A stretch of 60,985 bases of DNA, the filler included, from Hausera hauseri (lineage: Eukaryota), in the NCBI GenBank assembly GCA_046269625.1. It is 11 parts of 11 records of this genome, joined end to end, with 100 filler letters (N's around TTAATTAATTAA, not from the genome) between each part and the next. Parts side by side here need not be neighbours in the genome. Positions count along the whole stretch, not along the records: positions 50,370 to 56,673 come from JBJURY010115209.1; positions 56,774 to 60,985 come from JBJURY010697771.1; 9 more parts are not named here. One strand, given 5' to 3'. Below are positions 50,961 through 60,985 of this stretch, one piece after another; the stretch's first letter is position 1; each line of letters starts with the position of its first letter. Under the pieces are notes generated by a model, which saw only the letters and a program-made list of their open reading frames with translations, was not told where the DNA came from and searched no databases. The translations under genes and the position numbers were made by a program.

Positions 50961-51559
50961 TTAAAAAGTATTGAGCTACCTTAAGTTAAACTTAATTCTT
51001 TGCTTGGTGGCACCAATCTTCTTTTATTTCTTTGTTGTAATCTTTAATAATTGTACCTTTTGCATAATTTATTTTTTTGACAAATCTGTTTTCCAGCCAC
51101 CTTATTTGGTATTTATATTCAGTCCGGCATGTCATGTTGGACTTAAAAGAAACCACTTAGTTTTTTTGTTTTAATTTTGAAAGGTCTCAGTTACCCTGTT
51201 TCATTTTTACCATACCAAACTTGTTGGATGTTTATTTGTAGTGCTCAAGTTCAAGCTGATGGTGACCTGATTATTGTGGTTAAATATAGTTAGTACAGCA
51301 AATGTTATTTTTTTCTTAGAATTTGTACTTATGTTGTATTCCTTTCCAAATATGTGAATACAGACAGTTTAAAGTAATGCATTGTCAGTACTGTTTATTT
51401 AAGCTTTACATACAGACAAAATAAGAAAAAACAAATTTTGTTTTAATACTCTGAACAGATTGTCACAAAGTAACTCAAAATGTCATTTTTAAACATTTTA
51501 CACATTCTTCGATTTCAGCACAAATGTAAAAAACAATTATGAAGATTGGGAATGATGTT

Positions 51560-54290
51560 CAACAAAGGTTACTACAGAGCAGAATAAATTAATCCCATAA
51601 TTTCCATCATTCTGCAGAGGATTGAAAGTGTGCTGCATTAACTGTTGTGTCATTTATGTTTACAGCAATATCTGGAATAACAACATTATTACTGGTCTGA
51701 ATATCAGGTAAAGGCCCATTGTTATCTACTCCAAAACTTTCTAGCTCAAAAATAGAATCTACAGCTGTATTTTGTTGTGCCATGTTGTTTATGGCACCTG
51801 CATGCCACAACTGAAGTGGCGTCCGCCCGTTCTGTGTGGAGAGGCCATGGTTATTCCACTGGTTTTGAAACTCAAATGTGGCTCTTTCAATTCTTGGCAT
51901 ATATACAAAATGAAGGCAAAAAAGATGAACATCATTTCAAGAGTCAAGGATACCATGCAGCTCCATGAAATTAAAGAGATTTATAAAATGGTTCGAGACT
52001 ACCCTATTGAGCTCCGCCCACAATCTTTCAATACGCTGATTATGTACTGACAAGCCTGCAATGACACTACGTCTGTTGAGCCCCCTCCTTTCCAACATAA
52101 AACGAGCCACAAGTGTGTTTTCCATGCCATGGTCACACCTTACTCTTGAAGGCAAACCAAAATTATTAACTCCCATTACAAACAGGGACAATACAGTAGA
52201 GGCTCTATTATTGTTGCAGCACCGTAGATATGGTTCGACTGTAGCCATCCACACAGCCATGAAAAACCATCCGCCATCTCACAAGTTTGTGGTTACCATC
52301 AAAATGCCTGTTTAAATAGAAAAATATATAGGTAAAAAGGAGCTATATAAAACAATTGAGAGTACAACTGGTCAAAACAGAACAAAACTCTTGGGTGCCA
52401 CTTGCATAACATTTAAAAAGTTTTAAGAAAGCCTCAGTATTCAGTTATTTTTCATGGTACTTAAACCAAACCCCATGCAGCATCTTGGTGCTTATAGACA
52501 TGAAAAATAAGCAAAACAATCTGCTCAATAATAAATCACGTAACAGTAGAAGAAAGCTGATTTAGGTGACTTTGAGAGTGGGGTTAAATGTCGCACTGCT
52601 GTATAAGTTGCATCAGTCCAAATATGTCTAATAAAGTGGGAAAAAAACAAATATGTCGCTTCTCCGTACAAGTCACATCTATTATGCGTCACTGCTGACA
52701 ACCCGGAAACGTGGGCCGGAGTTGTGGCAAAAATAGATTGGCTGCCATTTGGGAGCGCGCACAGGAGAACTTTAACAAGAATTTAACAAAATTAACAATT
52801 AACTAACACTTAAGATTAACAAACAATTATTTGTTTGTTCGAAATTATAACAAAGGTGTGTTTCAGCTGAACTTTTCCTTAGTAAATGTACTTTAATGTT
52901 CAAATTAGCTGCATTTCACCTGGGCAGCGCGGCAAAATTCAGCTGATTTGACCAGGACTTCCAGAGCGAGACGAAGGTGGCTATTAATGACACTTGGCTT
53001 GCTAAATTAGTCGAGGGCCGTCTAGTGGCTGAAAATGGTAGTGAAAAAAGTGAAAATGGTCTCAGCCACAAATTGGTTTACATATACTGGGAAAAAAAAA
53101 ATATATATATATATGTTGCTTAGCTGTATAAGCTGCAGGCATGCTAATGTATGCAAAAAAAAAACAAAACTGCAACTTATACAGCAAAAAATACGGTAAT
53201 GAGGAAACTATTGATTTGTGGAAGTTTTACACATATCTTCATACATTATTCTAAAAATATACATTAAGCATATGTTCTTTGGGTGTAAATGGATTTTCAC
53301 TACAGTCATTAAAATTATGATGTTTAAAAGATATTTTTAAAATGAACAATACGGCTTACAACAGCAACACAGCAGTGTGTGCTTTTGATCAGTGGACTGA
53401 CTGAACATTTTGCATTAAAGCACACTTAATATAAGGGTAGCTAGTACAATGCAAAACAATGTATAATATTTATATGTAATATTTCAAGAGTTGTTCCCCT
53501 ACCATAACTGATTTGGAGTTTGAACATTATAAACCCGTCGGCGTATGGTACGCCTCCTGCGAAACAACCGTCCAATTGGATCAACCTCCTGCTTAAAGAG
53601 ATAGCATATTAGAAGTGAATATAAGAGGCACATTAATACTTCTGAACATAAAATTTTCGTTAAGTCCACATGCCTGTAGACACTGTCTGACACGCCAACG
53701 CTGAACACGAATTCCTCTATAAGCAAGGCTCCCAAGCACATAAGTTTCACCAACATTTGGAGTCCTTTGTAGAATATCTGTCACAATTCCAGTTAACTCT
53801 TGGTCTGTCATCACAGTGTGTTGTAAGGGTTGGATTTCCAAGTGTTGTCTGTGTCTGTAGAGAGTTCGGCGGTTAATACCAAAGGTAGATGCTATCTGCT
53901 GCCAGTTCATTCCAAGTGAAATGCAGTGAGAGATTTGCAATGCTGTGATGTCATATTGGGGTCAGCCAGGGAAACCAGTCCATCTTGTTGGGGGAAGCAG
54001 ACATCTCAGAGTCAATTCAGGGGATCCTTGTATCACATCATATTCTTCTAAAACTGACTGAAAGCAACTATACAGTTCTTCAATCATTGTTCTATATGCA
54101 TTATATCTTGGCTCAATAAACTGTGCTACTGATAGGATTGCAGATAAAGTCTGAGTGTGACCAGCAAGTTCTCTGTAAAGTCTATCCTGGCTATTTGTGT
54201 CACATGTTCTTTCTCTTTGAATTTGTTCTACACGCTGTAGAGCATTCCTAAAAAATTGTGTAACTTCAACTTCACTGACTCTGAATGTAA
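51560..54290 (-). pseudogene. Intron-containing integrase-core DDE transposase (IS3EU-like), with stops and a frameshift
   Basis: HTH segment WQQIASTFGINRRTLYR, GETYVLGSL..RGIRVQRWRVR, RRRVYNV..PNQLW|[57 protein letters not shown]; GT-AG intron 52308-53502. Confidence 0.8.
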
Positions 54291-54622
54291 ATAAAGGTAG
54301 AAAGCACAGCTGTAGCAGAACAACAAAAATGCTATGAAGTTGCATTGTGACAGTGTGTTTGTGACTCCAATATGTTAAACAGCTATGGTTCGTTTCCAGT
54401 CTTCAGTTCAGCTGTCCCAGAAGGAATTCTTGAAGATCGAAAAAAAAATCCTGTGGTACAAAGAAGAAGAGGGGTGGTACAATGACAATTACAATGTTTG
54501 CAGAGTACATAACAAATCCCAACATCACCAAAAGAAACCATGCATCTAAAACAAGCTGTGAGCATTTAAAATTGAACCAATGAATTCTACATTGTAATGG
54601 AGACCACATGAAACCTATAGAC

Positions 54623-54828
54623 CAGGGGACCTCAATTCCAGTCCTCTAGGGGCAGCGTCCTGGACTTTTAGACATGTCTGCTTCAACACACCTGAGACAA
54701 ATATTCAGGTCATTAGCAGGACCTTTGGAAACTTGATTACATACTAAGTAGGTAATTCAGTCATTTATTCAGGCGTGTTGGACCAGGGACACATGTACAA
54801 GTTGCAGGACTGGAATTGGGGACCCCTG
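54623..54828. mobile_element. hAT (Charlie-like) MITE, 206 bp
   Basis: TIRs CAGGGGACCTCAATTCCAGTCC and GGACTGGAATTGGGGACCCCTG; 8-bp TSD CTATAGAC on both sides. Confidence 0.92.
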
Positions 54829-56540
54829 CTATAGACATTGCAATTATGTATGTGTTATGTGATGGCAATTATCCAGACAGACATCACTACATTCTTTTTT
54901 CAGGAATAACAAGGACAAAGGCACCAGCTGTGCTGATAATCTTAAGAGAAGACCAAAAATAAACACATTACCTTCTTCTCCTGCTAGTAGACCAAGGTCC
55001 AAAACACTACTGGGCTTGGAAACGTGGAACTGCAGGACCCCACAAACTCGGTCCTGTCACAGAACAACAAGAGCATCAAAGTAATACTTGCAATTATCTT
55101 TGTGTAGACAACAGTAAAGCTAGCTCGAGACCTGAGACTCCCTGTATTTTTTTTGTTCGTTGTTTTTTTCCGTATTGAAATTAAACTAGGAAAACGTAAT
55201 AATCTGCGTTTTTATTTTAAAACTGAATTAGAAAAACAAAACGCTAATTTTATTTTGTTATTACAATTATTATTTTTAATTGTTTAAAACATGAACAACT
55301 TTTAATATAAGGTAAGTTTGTGCACCATTTGGGCCTTTCTGGCAGAACCGGAAATCACGTCTGAACTCCCGGGACATTACGTTATAACTTCTCACCATGG
55401 ATATGTTTGTCCTATTTAGAGGAAGATTTATGCAGAAGATGGCACGAGTAAAACCATTCTGCATATGTCTTTGACGACTAAAATGGCTGGAAGACATAAA
55501 CCAAACTGTTCTTTGGCGATTTGCGTCATTTCTGGTGTTGTGTCAGAAAAGGTACCCCGGCCGTGAAACGCTTCTTTGCCCCATCAAGCACTTTTGAACA
55601 GCTTTTTTCTTTTTTAACTAATAAGTTTAATCAAAATATTAAAGAATGTTTATTAGTGTAGTTAGGAGTAATATTGACAGTGTAAATTCCATAGCTGTTT
55701 CTTTATTTCTCGTTTGAAATACCAACTGATTAGTATACAGGTACTCTATATGTATAAATAAAGGGAAAATGAAAAATACTGACATTTTTTGTTGCCGTAA
55801 AAATGTCAGTCGTGTCAAAATACAGTGCTTTAAATGTGTTGTCTCTGAAAGTGATAAAAACTAGGAGTTGATTTAGCACTTTGAATTTTTTTACGAAATA
55901 AGTGCCCTGAAACTATGATTCCTGAACGCAGGTACGTTTTACGGAAGAGGTGCAATTTTCGGCACAACACCGGTATAACTACGTCAACAAAACGTATACA
56001 TTAGTTTATTTTGAAACGGAAAAGCCAAATAACGAACCGTACACGAATTCCCGAGAGACAGGTTAATAAAATGCACAGTATATTTTGAAAACAAAGTCTT
56101 TACTGTGTAGCAATATTTTACCTTGAATTCCAGGTGACACCGTTGAACTTCGGCTAGCTGCTCCAGCACGAAACAGAGAAGTAACTTCTGTATCAACAGA
56201 ATCGCTGCGGGCGGTCACACGAGCTCTTTCGTTTAAGGCGCAGGTCACACTACTTGTTGCATCCGTTGATGTCAAAATACTATTTAAAATTGCGGCTGCT
56301 TGACCAATTCTCTCCTTACTCAAAGAACTGTTAGCCGATGTTGCATCTTCTCTGGAGCTCATTGTACTCGGCTGATAACTTCCTGAAACGCTGCCGCCTC
56401 ACCTGGGGATCCACGCATGCGCAATCCGATCTTCAAATTATGCCCCGCCTCTTCCGTGACAAGTTGCACTCACATACACTACAACAAGACTTGCATTCAC
56501 ATATATGTATTGTCATTCATTCATTTATTCTAGTAAAACT

Positions 56541-56673
56541 TACACACACACACACCTATTTCCTCTCATTCAGTATAGTATTAGTTCACACACACACACA
56601 TCTATTGCCTCTCATTCAGTATAGTATTAGTTCACACACACACACCTATTTCCTCTCATTCAGTATAGTATTA
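56541..56673 (+). repeat. About 46-bp tandem repeat with (CA)n, 3 copies to contig end
   Basis: CACACACACACCTATTTCCTCTCATTCAGTATAGTATTAGTT units. Confidence 0.85.
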
Positions 56674-56773
56674 NNNNNNNNNNNNNNNNNNNNNNNNNNN
56701 NNNNNNNNNNNNNNNNNTTAATTAATTAANNNNNNNNNNNNNNNNNNNNNNNNNNNNNNNNNNNNNNNNNNNN

Positions 56774-58336
56774 ATCCGCGGCTAAATTATTGAAATATAG
56801 TGACAAACGTATAATCATTACATCAGAAGTAAGACGGGAACCTTCTGCGTGCAACTTAGTCATCAAGAATGCATTCAATCCATCCGGATCATCATCGTAT
56901 GCCTGCAGATTCAGAAAATCAAAAGTTAAGATGTCTAGTTTCTGCGCTACTGGTGGGTTATCTGCTGCCATGTTATTTACGAAATTAGTCTATAAATTTA
57001 CTTTATTATCTCCTAACTTCAGTTTTTACGAGAGGAATGTTATCGGTTCGCTCAACGGCGGTTAAGTCTGTATTAACTGAGTTTACTCTAGTTTCAGAAA
57101 GTGAACGTTTATCTAAATTTTTACTATCTCTAAATGTATTTCTACGCGTTTGGCGTATAGGCGAATTTTCCTTATCGTTAGAATCAAAATTTACTTTAAA
57201 CTTATCAATATTTGTTCTCTAGTATTCTTTTTACTTAGAATCCCTTTCAAATATAACCCAATGTGAAATTCAAACTATATTTTGATTACTTGGTGTGAAT
57301 AGTGCTGGTCGCCAGTATGTCGTTTTAATTAAGTCTAAAAGTAAAGTCTGGCGAGGCGTAAACTGTCCTGCTAGGGTCGCCCAATGTTATATTTGGGGGA
57401 GGGCCCTTATACAATTGTATAACAGTAATTACACTTGAATTTAGTTTTATTATTCAACAGGTAAGGTCTAAACGTTCTTATCTAGATAGATTGTGCCTTA
57501 ACTTATATGAAGATTTTTGAATAGTACTGCGGGTACTCGCTTGAGGTCATGTGCAGTAATTTAACAATCTCTCGACTTACCTATGTAGTATAGACTAAAA
57601 ATTTGAAAGCCTAGGGTACTCTCAAACCACTCTTAGGGAGCGGTACACACTATAAGACGTTTACAAATAACAAAGTATATTTAGCAAAATATACCACAAC
57701 TCACTCAAAGAATTTCAACGACCAAAAATATCGTAAGTTAATGAAGTTAATCACTCAGAATAATTTAGTTTCAATAGAATTGCAAGATGTCTGTATCAGC
57801 CCGGTTCCAATTCTCTGAAAATTTTGCTACTACTCTGTCATCTCTCTATTTATACCTCTACCAAGTTGATTAATTTTTATTTTCCACTGTTTTTATTATC
57901 TCGAAATTACTCAGCATTTTACCAATTGTCCACACTATTGATATTATTTTATAACGACATATTTCAGTCAATATTCAATAACTAATGGATAAATAATAAT
58001 TTATGTACATTGAATTGCTTTCTCAATTCTCGTAACAGTAATTTCGATTACAGCTATTATACCAACGCTAATTGTAGCTACCACGATCTCTCAGAACTCC
58101 AATTACAACATATATACTAGATGTAAAACCTTACAAAAACATTAAAAATTTGCATTGTACCTATCGGTCTTAAATCTAATTGTAAGTTTGCTATTATTGT
58201 TATTCATCTTTGCCAATGCTTTCATTAATATTATATTTTGTTCTTTGCTTTTATTTTAGAACGATTATCATTTCTATTCCTAACTAACTGAGTAAACTAA
58301 ATAGGCGTTTTCAGTAATTTAGCACAGGTCCCGACA
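56774..58336 (-). mobile_element. 5' end of an LTR retrotransposon: LTR (~57385-58336), PBS-like sequence, gag start
   Basis: Minus strand TGTCGG..ATAACA then TTGGGCGACCC; TATAAATA and AATAAA inside; ORF MAADNPP..YDDDPDGLNAFL from 56971. Confidence 0.6.
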
Positions 58337-59171
58337 CACGGTCGGTCTGACTCCCCAGTAATTAAATAAGTGCTATCAAATAAAAACTTAATAAGTAAGA
58401 ACGAAGTAATCCACGGGGAACCCTACACATTACCCATAGGATAGATAGGTAGGATTCTCGTTCTCTTTATTAGTGAACCCGCTATAAACGCGCATAATTA
58501 TAGGAAATTATTCGCATTAACGCTATTGTTCTCTTCAATAATTTGTGTAAGCACGTAATGTACTGTCGCTCTCCCATCTCAATTATTGGAGATTGAACAT
58601 TTTTAATAAATCACTGCGAACAGTGTCAAACTTTCAGTCAATTCGGTTTGTCGCAGTTTTTGAGTGTTGCTTGTTAGATGTATAAAAACTTACATAAGGT
58701 TTAAGCAGTGAGGTTTTTGGTGAAGCTTGTTTATTTGACTCTTCTCGTTTTCAAAATTTCCTTTTTACTTTACTGCATTATATAATGGTTTTCCAAACAA
58801 CGAATAATCTTCGACATAGTATTAAGGTAAATTTAATGATTGCTAGTAAACACATTATTATCGGTATTCTGGAAACATTTTAATAACATTTTATTTTTAA
58901 TGGCTAAATATTCATTTTGGTTACTAGGATCGTGTGTTATCCAAGGTTTATTGTTTTTGTAGCACATTTTTCGCGAGCTCTCCCTTTAAGTAAATTGAAA
59001 ATTGCTCTTTAGTCTCAAACCAGTTGCAGAAAAATATCTTGATCTATTTATTAAATGAGTAATTAGCTGAAACATAGCGTTTGATCCAAATATTATAGAT
59101 ACAAAATGTGAACTGTGGTAGAATGAGAATAAACGAACGAATGTCTGTACAGTGTAAATTCCAAATAATAG

Positions 59172-59853
59172 TGTGACAGGTGTTTATGACCATGTGAAAT
59201 TGTAAATATTGTGAATTTATTCGTGGGAAAATTAAAACATGAAAATAATCTAGATTGTAGTTAATGGAAAAACTGTGAGAAATAACAGTCAATAATAGTT
59301 ATATGAGAAAATAATAGTAGATAATGGCAAATAAATCATATAAATAAAATGACAATCGTGAGAGAAAAGAAATAAACAGGTGATAAAGTGGTATATATAG
59401 CTGAAGTAAAATGAAAGAAAACAAAAAAGTCGAAAGCTACTGAAATATCAGTGATCCAAAGCAGTTCTTATTCGGAGATTCGAAATTGACGATATTCTTA
59501 AATCGATTGTGAAATATTCTCTTGTTGAACAAACTGTTACTCTTCCATACGTAGAAATTTTGGTATATTTGATTTTTAAATATATATTGTTGTTGTAAAA
59601 TCTCTTATAATTTTGCGTCGCTCCTTAAGAGGGACTTGTACTACATTAAGGTATAAAATCTTGTACAACGTATATAGATAAGACTAGAATCTGTAAACTG
59701 AGGCATACATCGCATACAGTACCCGCAATTAAAATCAAGTACAACTTCTAACGAGAACGTTAGAACTTATCTGCTAAATAATTACAAAACTAATTGAATT
59801 GCATTCATCGTTATAGTTGGGTGTTGGATAGGGCCCACCTTCAACTACTAACA
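59172..59853 (+). repeat. LTR related to the contig 1 LTR (solo or 3' copy; left boundary approximate)
   Basis: GTCGCTC.TTA.GAGGGACTTGTACTACA and 59746-59853 match 1044-1280 in reverse; ends CTAACA; no PBS follows. Confidence 0.7.
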
Positions 59854-59924
59854 CAATCATTCAAAAAATCACAAATTTTAAACTCATTCATTCCACACAC
59901 TTATTGCTCACTTCAAAAAATCAA

Positions 59925-60665
59925 CTACTGCTTCATTAAGTCTCCAATCACCTCTTCGCGCGACGGAGCTGTGGCTTTTAGGAATTCAGAATTCATCATC
60001 TCATCTTTTCCGCATTTGTAGCACTGAGAGTCATAATTATCCACAGAGATTTCCGCTACGTTTTGAGATTTCTGGGTATAACTTATAGCATTGATATCGA
60101 AAATGACTTTGACGATGGCAATGTGCACATGTGATATTTGGGCAGTCCCGTCTGATGTGTCTGGTTTCTTTGCATGCCCCGTAATGTTTGGGAATAGGAG
60201 CAGTATCATGTCTGGAAATCTGCTTCTGACATTATCCGAATGATATGGTAAGTGTTGTTCAGTCCGTTCCATTCTTTTGTCTGAATGTCGGGAGTTATTC
60301 TGTGCATTTGAATATACGTTTATCGTTACTGGAGCATACTATCTTTGATTGAACTCCATCACTGATACTTCGGAATCATTTGATAATACATTCTTAACTT
60401 CTTCAATTTTGATGAGTCCTTCTTTCACTTTTAACATTTTCGTAGCTCCGTTTATCTTAACATCTTTAAGAATTTCAACATCATTCATAGAATTTTTTAA
60501 TAAAAACATCTTGAATGTCTCTTTGTTCAACTTGTGACTGAAAACTTGTTCCGTTAATCGATCGATTTTTCTGAAAAATTCTTCGACCGTGTCGTTATAT
60601 TTTCTGTATCGGATGGCTTCTGTCAGCACATCACCGATTGTTGATTTTTTCCAAATAATTTTCAT
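59925..60665 (-). pseudogene. gag remnant
   Basis: DTVEEFFRKIDRL capsid-like motif and degenerate CYKCGK knuckle. Confidence 0.55.
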
Positions 60666-60985
60666 GATTTTTCTTTGAAATTCATTTCCGATTTATTGGC
60701 TTCATATTTCCTGACAGTATCCACAGAGAGAAATGCTCGAACAATTGTGCATTGCATATCGTCTTTGATTCCCAATGAATGAAAGAACTACTCGAATTCT
60801 TCCACGAATAATCCAACATCGTTTGCGATTTCGTTTAATGAACAAATCCACTTGAACGGTCGCCATGTTAACCGTGTATTTTGTCAAAACATCAAGCTAC
60901 ATTTATAAAACTATATTTATATTTAAAACATTACTTTAAACAAATTATTTGAGGATTTACGTGATTTATTAAAGTGGGAAATAAT

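Overview
This window is not one locus. It is 11 eukaryotic contigs joined by artificial N44-TTAATTAATTAA-N44 linkers (contigs about 1-4566, 4667-9366, 9467-15802, 15903-22584, 22685-29255, 29356-35856, 35957-41699, 41800-46106, 46207-50269, 50370-56673, 56774-60985). Most contigs look like an AT-rich invertebrate animal genome full of mobile DNA: Ty3/Gypsy LTR retrotransposons, Polinton/adintovirus PolB and protease relics, piggyBac, an intronless and partly broken USP7, and a CYP2-clan P450. Contigs 4, 8 (part) and 10 carry teleost-like repeats. The standout candidate system is a Ty3/Gypsy family seen in two diverged copies (contigs 1 and 3). Its inferred layout is: pol/integrase fused in frame to a signal peptide, a Cys/FN3-like ectodomain and a TM helix; a leaky UGA-CAACUA (CARYYA) stop inside a 28-nt hairpin identical in both copies; then an unknown domain, an ISG20/REXO4-like DEDDh pseudo-exonuclease, a C3HC4 RING finger, PPT and LTR. 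A second highlight is an apparently intact 6.6-kb circularly assembled Penelope-like element with an SGNH-esterase ORF1, an RT/GIY-YIG ORF2, a hammerhead ribozyme and a telomere-like spacer. All calls come from reading motifs by eye. No database searches were run.
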